NCBI GenBank assembly: GCA_918234285.1
Contig: CAKJXZ020000024.1
Coordinates: 20,354-84,353 of the forward strand
Source: Pseudomonadota bacterium
GTDB taxonomy: Bacteria > Pseudomonadota > Alphaproteobacteria > RF32 > CAG-239
Direction: 5' to 3'
Length of the DNA stretch: 64,000 nucleotides
Numbering within the stretch: position 1 is the first letter of the stretch; every line of letters starts with the position of its first letter. A program made the translations under genes and the position numbers. Positions 53,574 through 63,048 of this stretch are shown here, piece after piece. Under the pieces are notes generated by a model that did not search any database, had not been told where the DNA came from, and saw only the letters and a program-made list of their open reading frames with translations.

Positions 53574-53996
53574 TTAATCTACCAAAAACCGAGGATTTTT
53601 TCTGACCCACGCAATTACCAAAGAAATACCGATGCAAATCCAGCTTATAGGATAATCATTCCATAACTTTTCGCCTAAATATCGGGTATTTTCATTTAGA
53701 GATATAAAATAAACAATTCCGCAAATTATGTAAGCGTAAAATATCCATCCGACAGATTTAACATAATATGCAACATCTGGATAATCAGTAAAAAATCTGT
53801 TTAGAAGCTTAACTCCGAAAATTATCGCAACAAACAAATATAACAAAAAAATTACAACGAAAAACACCATAAAAGGAATAACATTACAAAAAACGGAATG
53901 ATGATAACAATATGAATCGATACCTGATAAGACTTCAAATACGGCTAACATTAACGCACCGACAAAGAGCAATTCATTAACTATGTTATTCATCAT
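53574..53996 (-). CDS. 4-TM membrane protein, putative immunity protein
   Basis: Four hydrophobic segments, very AT-rich, SD GAGGAG, directly after the orphan cassette. Confidence 0.65.
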   Translation of the reverse strand: MMNNIVNELLFVGALMLAVFEVLSGIDSYCYHHSVFCNVIPFMVFFVVIFLLYLFVAIIFGVKLLNRFFTDYPDVAYYVKSVGWIFYAYIICGIVYFISLNENTRYLGEKLWNDYPISWICIGISLVIAWVRKNPRFLVD

Positions 53997-54028
53997 TCCG
54001 TCTCCTCTTACCTAATCATAATTGAAAA

Positions 54029-54684
54029 CTATTTATTTTGCAACGGCAAAAGTTCTTCATCACTGAATACCCGTTTATTACGATAACTTTCGCGATAAGC
54101 CCTCGTAAGATTATCATAATAGCCGGCTCCCATATATCCGTATTTATATGCGTTTAATGCTAAAGCTGCATAAGGCATATATTGCGCAATAAATTTCATT
54201 ACAACGGCATCTGTTATGTTATTTCCTGTTGAAATAGGATTAGCCATAGGATGCTCCTGATTTATTTTTAAGAAATTATTATATACTGACTTTATGTTTC
54301 CCCCGCGGTCATATGGTTCCGGCACTGCCCACGCATAATTTTTATCATCTCGAATATTATATTCGTTGTTATAATCAGTGCTCTGCATTTCACTGGAAAG
54401 AACTGCTTGATTGTTTATAATATTTTCTCCCCATTTAGCATAATCAACTTGCCCCGGTGAAGAAGTGTTTTGTTGATTATGATATATGACAGGTGTCGGC
54501 TGGTTTTGTTTTTGCCATACATACATATTTTCAGAGACATAACTCGGCTGCTGCCAAGTGGGCACTTGCCCGGCTGATTGAACCTGTGTTTCCGGTTGTT
54601 GCGTTGATACTTGTGTCTGTACTGCTGGTGGCGGAGTGTTGCCGTAGAGCTGTTTATAGTTATAATCGTCGTGTTCGTATAAAT
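54029..54684 (-). pseudogene. Orphan toxin-like C-terminal cassette lacking the N-terminal start
   Basis: Frame open from RDLYEHDDYNYKQLYGNTPPPAVQ through the listed 54029..54565 ORF; an in-frame TAA precedes it and no ATG precedes the homology block. Confidence 0.6.
54591..54684. repeat. 94-bp direct repeat, copy 1
   Basis: Identical to 56175..56268 except one base (gcgTtg vs gcgCtg). Confidence 0.95.
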
Positions 54685-54711
54685 CACGTTAGAAATGTAA
54701 TATCTATCCCA

Positions 54712-55440
54712 TTAGTAGCAACGCTCGTTTTTCCAAATTCCTTTGCATTGTAAGCATGCTTTTTCAGATAATTTTTGTTTATCTTGAGGACAAGGATAAC
54801 TTAAAACATCATCTTTTCCAAAATAGCGTTGTCCATGGCACACTATACCTTGACGATTGTATTTCGCTCCTAAGATTTTTTCTTGATTAAAACTTAAATC
54901 TATCGGGGTTGGCTCATCACAACTCCAACAGGCAAAAAATCTATCCATCAGTGGCCGCTCCGGAGGACACTTTAACACACTTATAGCTGTTGTCGGTGAT
55001 GTGTATTGTAATACCCTGTTTGGGCAACGGTATAAACACTCATCTTTTTGTTCGCACTTAGGATCCATCCAAACTGGAGTTATTGTATTGCAGGGATAGC
55101 AACTATCATTATGAATGCCATAAAAATATCCTTCTTTTCTTTCACAGTTTTCTAACGAAACTTGTTCATGATTGGTATGAAACGAATAGAAGTTACCATC
55201 ACTCGTATCGTTAAGTTCGCATGAGTTAAAGTATTCTCCTTCAAAGTAAAATCTGTTTGGACAATGTTGAACACAATTTTCTTTTGTACCCAATTCTAAT
55301 GTATAGGGTGTATCGCAATTGAAGCACGTTCCGGAAATGAGAAATACACAATCCTTAGGAGTTTGGGCACAGGCTGCATTGCAGCCCATGCTCAAACAAA
55401 TAATACCGATAAATTGTATAAGGTTACTTTTTAATACCAC
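54712..55440 (-). CDS. Secreted Cys-rich protein, putative lysozyme immunity protein
   Basis: N-terminal hydrophobic signal, many Cys in repeated CxxC...CPNR units; overlaps the 3' end of the lysozyme gene by 17 nt. Confidence 0.65.
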   Translation of the reverse strand: MVLKSNLIQFIGIICLSMGCNAACAQTPKDCVFLISGTCFNCDTPYTLELGTKENCVQHCPNRFYFEGEYFNSCELNDTSDGNFYSFHTNHEQVSLENCERKEGYFYGIHNDSCYPCNTITPVWMDPKCEQKDECLYRCPNRVLQYTSPTTAISVLKCPPERPLMDRFFACWSCDEPTPIDLSFNQEKILGAKYNRQGIVCHGQRYFGKDDVLSYPCPQDKQKLSEKACLQCKGIWKNERCY

Positions 55441-56452
55441 TTTTACAGTGCTCCATTTTCATTTTATCCGTATCCAATCCTGGATACATTCTATCCACGG
55501 TTTGTTTATTGCGATCAAATCCTACACCGCAACGCCATGCCTCATTTGCTGCTTGCTTCCAGTTATTTTGCAAAATGGCATCACGCATATTGGTATATTT
55601 AGAAAAACGTGGAGTTCCAAGTCCATACGCCATATCCATCAATGCTTTCTGCCTGTTTTCGGTATAAACAGGAAAATCAGGATATTTATCCGTAACATAG
55701 TTATATCCGTCTACATATTTCTCTTTCATAATACGATCATTTTCTTCGGGTGCAATACGCATATTGGATTTATCCGCATAATATGTATATAATTTCCCAT
55801 ATTCGCCGCTCTTCAGTTTTTTTATTTCTTCCTCTAATTCTTCTTCACTTAAAGGTTTACCTGTTAGCGCGTGATATAATTGAATATTTGGAGTTTGATC
55901 AACATTAATTCCGCAACCTATTGTAGTATTCGGCGGAGTAGCCGTATCCAAATATGCATACGGCACAAAACCTCCTTCATTAAAACATAAATCATCTTTA
56001 TCACGGCTAAAATAATAGTTTACATCACGATTATTCGATGTAATTTGTGAGGACACGTTGTTTTTTAAATTATTGTTGGATTCGTTATTGTCAATATTAA
56101 AGTTAGAAGGTGTGTTATTGTTATTTTGAAAATAACTGCTCGGCTGTCCAAGCGTGGCATTGGCAGTATTATTCTCCGGTTGTTGCGCTGATACTTGTGT
56201 CTGTACTGCTGGTGGCGGAGTGTTGCCGTAGAGCTGTTTATAGTTATAATCGTCGTGTTCGTATAAATAATTCTGTATTTCGTCGGCAAACGGGTTCGGC
56301 GAGTTCTCACTCGGCACGGGAATTTCCTTCATCTCAGCAAAAGTTCTTGCTCCGCGCGGATCCAAATAATAATATTCGTCTTGCCCTGTTTGCGGATTTA
56401 TTCGGTGTACCGTACGTTTCCCGAATATTCTTTCTCGATTTAAATAATCCAT
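55424..56452 (-). CDS. Modular protein: unknown N-domain, Q/N-rich linker, C-terminal T4-lysozyme-like (GH24-like) muramidase
   Basis: NEGG...AYLDT...TTIGCG (Glu-Asp-Thr triad), RQKALMDMAYGLG, NWKQAANE; start set at MDYLNR. Confidence 0.75.
   Translation of the reverse strand: MDYLNRERIFGKRTVHRINPQTGQDEYYYLDPRGARTFAEMKEIPVPSENSPNPFADEIQNYLYEHDDYNYKQLYGNTPPPAVQTQVSAQQPENNTANATLGQPSSYFQNNNNTPSNFNIDNNESNNNLKNNVSSQITSNNRDVNYYFSRDKDDLCFNEGGFVPYAYLDTATPPNTTIGCGINVDQTPNIQLYHALTGKPLSEEELEEEIKKLKSGEYGKLYTYYADKSNMRIAPEENDRIMKEKYVDGYNYVTDKYPDFPVYTENRQKALMDMAYGLGTPRFSKYTNMRDAILQNNWKQAANEAWRCGVGFDRNKQTVDRMYPGLDTDKMKMEHCKSGIKK
56175..56268. repeat. 94-bp direct repeat, copy 2
   Basis: Encodes LYEHDDYNYKQLYGNTPPPAVQTQVSAQQP in the full-length gene. 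Confidence 0.95.
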
Positions 56453-56513
56453 CTTGTTTTTCAAAATGCGAAAACCGCACGTCATAAAACGCACGGTTTT
56501 CAAGTATTAATAC

Positions 56514-56544
56514 AAAAAAAGAACGCAGACTAAAAATTGCGTTC
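56514..56544 (-). terminator. Intrinsic terminator in the leader of the lysozyme-domain gene
   Basis: Minus strand GAACGCA-atttttagtc-TGCGTTC-TTTTTTT. Confidence 0.65.
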
Positions 56545-56587
56545 GACCTTAGATAACGAATTCACCCACGAATCCATTATGGTAATT

Positions 56588-56616
56588 TTTGTAGCACACA
56601 AGTCACTAAATGTCAA
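56588..56616 (-). promoter_or_regulatory. Sigma-70-like promoter
   Basis: Minus strand TTGACA-17 nt-TACAAA with extended TG. Confidence 0.55.
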
Positions 56617-56660
56617 GTATTTTCTTATTTATAATAATAAAAATATTATCAGAATCGCAT

Positions 56661-56690
56661 AAAAAAAGAGGCCGGAGCCTCTCTTTTTTT
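56661..56690 (-). terminator. Terminator after pfk
   Basis: AAAAAAAGAGGC-cgga-GCCTCTCTTTTTTT. Confidence 0.7.
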
Positions 56691-57769
56691 TATTCTTCGC
56701 CAACATACATTCCGATATTGTGCGCGGCTTTTACATACGGACTGTTCGCATCCAAACCGGTAGTACCGGCCGCCACAACCTCCTCCAAAGCAAACGAGGT
56801 AACTTTGCCACCGGAAAGCGCCACCATTCTGTCAGTGTGTCCCTCAGAGAGCAGACGCACCGCTTCCGAACCGAGAATCACACCCAAACTGCGGTCAAAC
56901 ATCGTCGGGTTGCCTGAGCGTTGAACGTGCCCGAGTTTAGTAACGCGGGTTTGGAAACCTTTGTAATTGGCATTAATCAGCTTGCTCAGATATTCGCCAA
57001 TACCGCCGTTGATTTTTTCGCCGACCATATTAACAGCATCGGTTACTGCCTCGCCGTTTTCGGTTTTAACCCCTTCTGATACCACAATCAGCGCATGGCG
57101 ACGACCGCTTTTTTTGATTTCTTCCAATTTATTTATAATGCCTTGCAATGTATACGGAATCTCCGGTACCAAGCAAATATCGGCGAATCCGGCAACCGCG
57201 GCGTGTATGGCCAGATGTCCGGCATCACGTCCCATAACTTCCAAAATCAGCGCTCGATGATGCGAACGAGCAGTTAAGAGCAAATCGTCGAGAGCATTGG
57301 TGCAAGCCTGACAAGCTGTGTTGAAACCGACGGAGAACTCGGTCAACGGAGTATCGTTATCAATGGTCTTCGGAATACCGATCATTTTTACTCCGGCCAT
57401 TTTGCAATAGTTGCTGACAATATTCATACTGCCGTCACCACCCACAACCAAAATTGCGTCCAGTCCCAACTCCTTAACACCTTCGCCGAAACGCTTGGCA
57501 ATCACTTCCGGAGCTTCTTTAACGCCGGTATTGAGTGAACCGAGATAAGAACCGGAAAGGCGCGGCCACGGAGAGTTCGAAAAATTCGATTCGGTTAAAA
57601 TTTCATAAGAAAGCGGGCGATTGGTCAAGCCGTCGGTTCCGTCATGGATTCCGTATACTTCCCAACCGAAACGGGTTGCGGCATTGACAACCGAGAAAAT
57701 AACGGCATTCAAGCCGGCACAGTCGCCGCCGCTGGTTAAAATACCTATCTTTTTAATTTTTTTCATCAA
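56690..57769 (-). CDS. pfkA: 6-phosphofructokinase, PfkA family, probably ATP-dependent
   Basis: TSGGDCAGLN, GGDGS, PKTIDND, EVMGRDAG, LGHVQR. Confidence 0.92.
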   Translation of the reverse strand: MMKKIKKIGILTSGGDCAGLNAVIFSVVNAATRFGWEVYGIHDGTDGLTNRPLSYEILTESNFSNSPWPRLSGSYLGSLNTGVKEAPEVIAKRFGEGVKELGLDAILVVGGDGSMNIVSNYCKMAGVKMIGIPKTIDNDTPLTEFSVGFNTACQACTNALDDLLLTARSHHRALILEVMGRDAGHLAIHAAVAGFADICLVPEIPYTLQGIINKLEEIKKSGRRHALIVVSEGVKTENGEAVTDAVNMVGEKINGGIGEYLSKLINANYKGFQTRVTKLGHVQRSGNPTMFDRSLGVILGSEAVRLLSEGHTDRMVALSGGKVTSFALEEVVAAGTTGLDANSPYVKAAHNIGMYVGEE

Positions 57770-57899
57770 CTCTCTCCGTCTTTTTGTAGTTGCATTTATA
57801 CTAAAAATGATGTATACTCTTTACAACTTTGATATAAAATTTCCACAAAAAAAGTAAAGTTTATGACAACTTTATTTTAAAGAAAGGACTAACGACCCT

Positions 57900-58112
57900 A
57901 TGACTATGAACGATAAAACGGCTAAATTACAGCTCTTGCTTTGTGAATTGAAGTTGGAGCAACGCCATGTTAATACGGATATGTCCCGTTTACTCAAACA
58001 AGGAAAAACCATTGATTTTTTTCAGGCGCGCCGTTTAAGCTCTCAAAAAAGCGGATTAGCTAAAAAGATAAATAAAGTGGAATCCAGTATCAATCCGAAT
58101 ATTATTGCATAA
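57900..58112 (+). CDS. YdcH/DUF465-like small coiled-coil protein
   Basis: LKLEQRHV...RRL..K..L..I...P.IIA C-terminus typical of alphaproteobacterial DUF465. Confidence 0.6.
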   Translation: MTMNDKTAKLQLLLCELKLEQRHVNTDMSRLLKQGKTIDFFQARRLSSQKSGLAKKINKVESSINPNIIA

Positions 58113-58201
58113 CAAAAACATTTTTTGCTTGCAAAATAAAAAATCATGTGCTACATAAGGGCACAATTTAACAATATACTAAACCGAAAGGGGTGATTTA
58201 A

Positions 58202-58408
58202 GTGGTTCAGGTTACGGTTATCGGCAACGATGTAAACCAATCTTTGAAAATTTTGAAGAAGAAAATGCAAAGAGAAGGCGTTTTCCGCGAAATGAAGTTG
58301 CGCCGTTGTCACGAAAAGAATTGCGAGAAAAAAGCTCGTCGTAAAGCTGAGGCAGTACGTCGTGCACGCAAACAAATGCGTAAGCGCTTAGATACCGAAG
58401 GTTTCTAG
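58202..58408 (+). CDS. rpsU: 30S ribosomal protein S21
   Basis: [25 protein letters not shown]. Confidence 0.95.
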   Translation: MVQVTVIGNDVNQSLKILKKKMQREGVFREMKLRRCHEKNCEKKARRKAEAVRRARKQMRKRLDTEGF

Positions 58409-58428
58409 AAATTTGAGACTATTGTCAG

Positions 58429-58461
58429 ACGTCTTGCTTGAAATGAGCAAGACGTTTTTTT
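58429..58461 (+). terminator. Terminator after rpsU
   Basis: ACGTCTTGCTT-gaaat-GAGCAAGACGT followed by T tract. Confidence 0.8.
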
Positions 58462-58562
58462 ATGTAAGAATTCCTTTTTTCTTTATGGCAATAAGCCGTG
58501 ATTTAGCTTGACAATCGTTAAAAATTAATTAAGTTATAGCCAACACTTAATATATTATATAG

Positions 58563-59852
<1,290 letters not shown>

Positions 59853-59870
59853 TTCAAAACAAACAGAATC

Positions 59871-59906
59871 AAAAAAACACCGTTTCATAATGAGGCGGTG
59901 TTTTTT
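59871..59906. terminator. Bidirectional terminator between eno and the pilin gene
   Basis: AAAAAAACACCGTTTC-ataat-GAGGCGGTGTTTTTT. Confidence 0.8.
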
Positions 59907-59925
59907 ATTTATAAAAAGCGATAAA

Positions 59926-60480
59926 TTAATAGAATGTCCAGATAATAGTATTATCAGTTGCACTGGTACATTGCGACACTGCCGTACCGATTCCTATGGA
60001 ACCATTCGCTGCCAGAGTTTCAGTACCGTTAATTCTGATGGAATACAACCCCGAAGTTTTACCCTTGCCCCATTCTTTGGTAGCTAACTCGATACATGCG
60101 GATTGAGGTACCATACCAAATGACACGGAAAATGCTTTATCGGTGCGATCTCCTTTATCTGCCTTGTTGAGCAACACCGTACCGCCATAAATATTTTCCA
60201 TACTATCGCCGTTAATCATATCATCAGGCACTAAATGAGCCTTTTTAATCAGCGCCATATTAGGTTTGTTGCTGCTGGTTAAAGCCGTATACTTTTTGTG
60301 TCCGGCAAACAAAGCGCGCGTACTGGCGGCAATTTGCATCAGTTGATCAATACATTTGTTTACCCGATATACGTTCATAGCTTTGGAATATCCGGCGATT
60401 CCGCCAACGGAAAGTACACCGATAATAGCTAACACACCGAGCATTTCAATCATTGAGCGGCCGGATTCGTTTGTTTTCAT
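59926..60480 (-). CDS. Type IV pilin-like protein (class III signal peptide, PilS-like body)
   Basis: MKTNESG|RSMIEMLGVLAIIGVLSVGG with Glu at +5; ENIYGGTV, VPQSACIELA, C-terminal Cys. Confidence 0.8.
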   Translation of the reverse strand: MKTNESGRSMIEMLGVLAIIGVLSVGGIAGYSKAMNVYRVNKCIDQLMQIAASTRALFAGHKKYTALTSSNKPNMALIKKAHLVPDDMINGDSMENIYGGTVLLNKADKGDRTDKAFSVSFGMVPQSACIELATKEWGKGKTSGLYSIRINGTETLAANGSIGIGTAVSQCTSATDNTIIWTFY

Positions 60481-60564
60481 GATAATTCTCCTTGTAGTTA
60501 CTTTTAATTAAATATAGCAGAATATATACTATCCGTCAATTACGAAAAATGATATATGACATGG

Positions 60565-60580
60565 GTTAATTTCAGATTAA
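60565..60580 (-). promoter_or_regulatory. CtrA-box-like site upstream of the pilin gene
   Basis: Minus strand TTAA-tctgaaa-TTAAC. Confidence 0.55.
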
Positions 60581-60612
60581 AAAAAAGGGAACAAACTAAT
60601 GTTCCCTTTTTT
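60579..60612 (-). terminator. Terminator after the 60612..61010 gene
   Basis: A tract-GGGAACA-aactaa-TGTTCCC-T tract. Confidence 0.75.
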
Positions 60613-61010
60613 TATGCAACCGGAATCCGTTGATAGATTTGTTTGTTGACGAGCTTCAGAAAATCGGCAACAATCTGCGAGTTTTTGAAGTCTTCCAAGT
60701 CTTTGGCTAAATCCATCAGCTTCGGCAGGTCAAACTGCTTCAGGTAATACTCGACCTTGGCCGGATTTTCCTGCATCATTTTGAAGAAGTTCAGCGGTTG
60801 GCTGCCGCGATGTTTCAATTCATCCTCAACGCTTTGCAAGGCACTCTTAATTGCGTCCTTCTGATCTTCGTCAAAGGTGGCAAAAAAGCACTCATCGTCC
60901 ATGCAAACCGTTAGCGCGGCCCACAATTCTGAAAGTTCTTCCAAATCAAAATCTCTTAAATTGCCGACTTCGACTACCGCGACAATCAGCAAAATTTCGA
61001 ATTTTTCCAT
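60612..61010 (-). CDS. Hypothetical acidic helical protein
   Basis: 132-aa ORF followed by a terminator. Confidence 0.65.
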   Translation of the reverse strand: MEKFEILLIVAVVEVGNLRDFDLEELSELWAALTVCMDDECFFATFDEDQKDAIKSALQSVEDELKHRGSQPLNFFKMMQENPAKVEYYLKQFDLPKLMDLAKDLEDFKNSQIVADFLKLVNKQIYQRIPVA

Positions 61011-61113
61011 AATAAGAGGATTAATAGTTATAATTTATGTCCAAAGTATACAAAACTAATCGCAAAATTGCAAGTCAAAATAACGGTATTTGCGGTATAA
61101 ATGTATGAAGAGA

Positions 61114-62922
61114 TTAGCGGCCGGCTTGGAGGGTTTGTGCCTGTGTCACGGTATTGTCGATAGTTCGTGCTTTAGCCTTGGTCTTTTTACGGGATTTTTT
61201 CGATTCGCCGCTCAGATTCGGGTTGTTGCCCATGCGCAAATTGTCGTTTATAAATTCATGCTTTTCCTGCGGCGACATATCTTTTACTTTTTTGCCGGTA
61301 GGTTGAGCCTCGGCAACCGCTTGTTGCGGTGCCGGTTGTGCTTGTTGCGGCTGAGCGGTTTGCGCTTGTTGTGTTACTTCCTGAGAAGCCGGAGCAACAG
61401 CCGGCGTATCAATGGTTTGCTCAGTTTGCAAAGCATCAGCTTGCAACGATTCCGAACTTTGGTAGCGCCCGCTTCTGCCGCTCAATGCGGCAATCAGTAT
61501 CTTATCATCAGCAGGTATTTCTGCAGTACGAGCCTGTGGTACAGCCGAATTTCCGGAAAACTCATTGCCTTTAGCCTCTGTTGTGTGTGTCGTAATATTA
61601 GCCTTACCTTCTTTGCCTTCAATGGTGCGATTACCGGCAGCATCATAATGTTCAACCAAACCGTCGGCATAAATAATGGTGCCTTTGTTCTCGCCGTCCA
61701 TGCTGAGCAAAAGTTGTTTCAGCCCTTCATCATGTTTACCGTCACGCAACACTATATGGTCGTAGTTTTCACGTAAATAAGCCATTTTTTCGTCATTGGA
61801 ATGCAACCCTTTGGTTTCCAAATATTCGGAGAGTTTGGAAATCTGGGCAAAGGTCATATCAGAACCCAATCTTCCGTTAGGCATTTTACTGAATGTCTGA
61901 AGGACTTGTTCTTCCGATATATCATCCAATAAATCACGACAATGCGATAAATCTACGTTGGTATTGTTGCCGATATACAGGTCTTTCAACATACCTTTGG
62001 CAACGGCATCATATTGCTCTTTATTTGATTCGAGTGCTTCAAAGATGTTGGCTGTTTTATTGGCACTGCACGCATTCATTATATGGTCATATCTGTAATC
62101 GTCCGCCCGATTTTCATTCCACCATTTAGTGGCAATTTCGGTAACGGCCCGTACATCTTTCTTATTGTCAGGCGAATAACTGTTTTGCGTCATGTATTCT
62201 TTTAAACCTTCAAACGGTTCCAGAATACTCTCAATCGGTTTGACTTTGCCGTCTAATTCAATTTGGGTGACATTTTGCTTTTTGAGAATGGTATAAAGGT
62301 TCGCTGCATTTTGATATTGCACGGTTGTGCCAATTTTTTCGCTCAGCTCGTTTCCCCTGAAAATATCTACCGGACGGGTTAATTCTTTATAATGGTCGTA
62401 TTCTTCATGCTTCAGGTGTGCCAATTCATGATAGACGGCGGAAACTTTGGCCAGAGAGTCACCTTCCTTATATTTTCGAGTCTGCAGAGAGTCGTTTTCA
62501 TTGATATCGCCCTTAATATCTTGGAGGATAATTTTGCCGTCTTGGCAAAATGCCAGAGCTGTTTCGTCATACCCTTCTTCGCCCGGACGAATCACTTTGA
62601 CTGTATCGCGTTTAAGCAAATCTTTCGGTTGTTGCAAATTAGGCTTGTCAACGTGCGCCTCTTTATCTTGGTTGCTCATAGAGGCGGTATCATTATGTTT
62701 GAGTGGGCCGATTCGGGAGTCATTACAATAATGATTTATTGTCTCAAAATCACCGTCGCGCAACACCACCGGTTTTTGGAGCTGCTCCAAAAACTTTTGG
62801 GCCAGCGCATCATTATCAGCCTGTGGAACTTGCGCATTGGCCGCATTTTGTGGGGTAGCTGCCGTTTTCTCTTCCGAGGCTGCACCATCTGCAAAGGCAG
62901 CCATCAACTCATCATCAGCCAT
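61114..62922 (-). CDS. Hypothetical protein with HExxH zinc-peptidase motif and basic C-terminal tail
   Basis: YHELAHLKHE plus downstream Glu (NELSE); SD GAGGAG; Q/A-rich linker; ends SKKSRKKTKAKAR...QAGR. Confidence 0.72.
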   Translation of the reverse strand: MADDELMAAFADGAASEEKTAATPQNAANAQVPQADNDALAQKFLEQLQKPVVLRDGDFETINHYCNDSRIGPLKHNDTASMSNQDKEAHVDKPNLQQPKDLLKRDTVKVIRPGEEGYDETALAFCQDGKIILQDIKGDINENDSLQTRKYKEGDSLAKVSAVYHELAHLKHEEYDHYKELTRPVDIFRGNELSEKIGTTVQYQNAANLYTILKKQNVTQIELDGKVKPIESILEPFEGLKEYMTQNSYSPDNKKDVRAVTEIATKWWNENRADDYRYDHIMNACSANKTANIFEALESNKEQYDAVAKGMLKDLYIGNNTNVDLSHCRDLLDDISEEQVLQTFSKMPNGRLGSDMTFAQISKLSEYLETKGLHSNDEKMAYLRENYDHIVLRDGKHDEGLKQLLLSMDGENKGTIIYADGLVEHYDAAGNRTIEGKEGKANITTHTTEAKGNEFSGNSAVPQARTAEIPADDKILIAALSGRSGRYQSSESLQADALQTEQTIDTPAVAPASQEVTQQAQTAQPQQAQPAPQQAVAEAQPTGKKVKDMSPQEKHEFINDNLRMGNNPNLSGESKKSRKKTKAKARTIDNTVTQAQTLQAGR

Positions 62923-62991
62923 TGATTTACTCCTCTATTGATTTTTGAGCATAACACAACAGCTTGCTAAAGGCAAATAAAAAATAAACAC

Positions 62992-63031
62992 AAAAAAACA
63001 GCGCCTTCAATTAAGAAGACGCTGTTTTTTT
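62992..63031 (-). terminator. Terminator
   Basis: AAAAAAACAGCGCCTTC-aattaa-GAAGACGCTGTTTTTTT. Confidence 0.8.
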
Positions 63032-63048
63032 AATATGCAGGTGAAATG

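Noticed and set aside
54415-54753. ORFs 54415..54687 (-), 54493..54753 (+) and counterparts 56065..56310, 56110..56487
   Set aside because: Alternative-frame readings of the 94-bp repeat; their similarity comes from the repeat itself.
54591-56268. 94-bp repeat as a DGR TR/VR pair or CRISPR repeat
   Set aside because: Only two copies with one mismatch, no reverse transcriptase or cas genes in the window, and the block is internal rather than a variable C-terminus.
55424-56452. Lysozyme as a prophage endolysin
   Set aside because: No holin/spanin, structural, terminase or integrase genes nearby; linker and cassette architecture fit a toxin better.
56690-57769. PPi-dependent PFK linked to the membrane PPase
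   Set aside because: The motif is GGDGS; PPi-dependent enzymes typically have Asp there (GGDDT/GGEDT).
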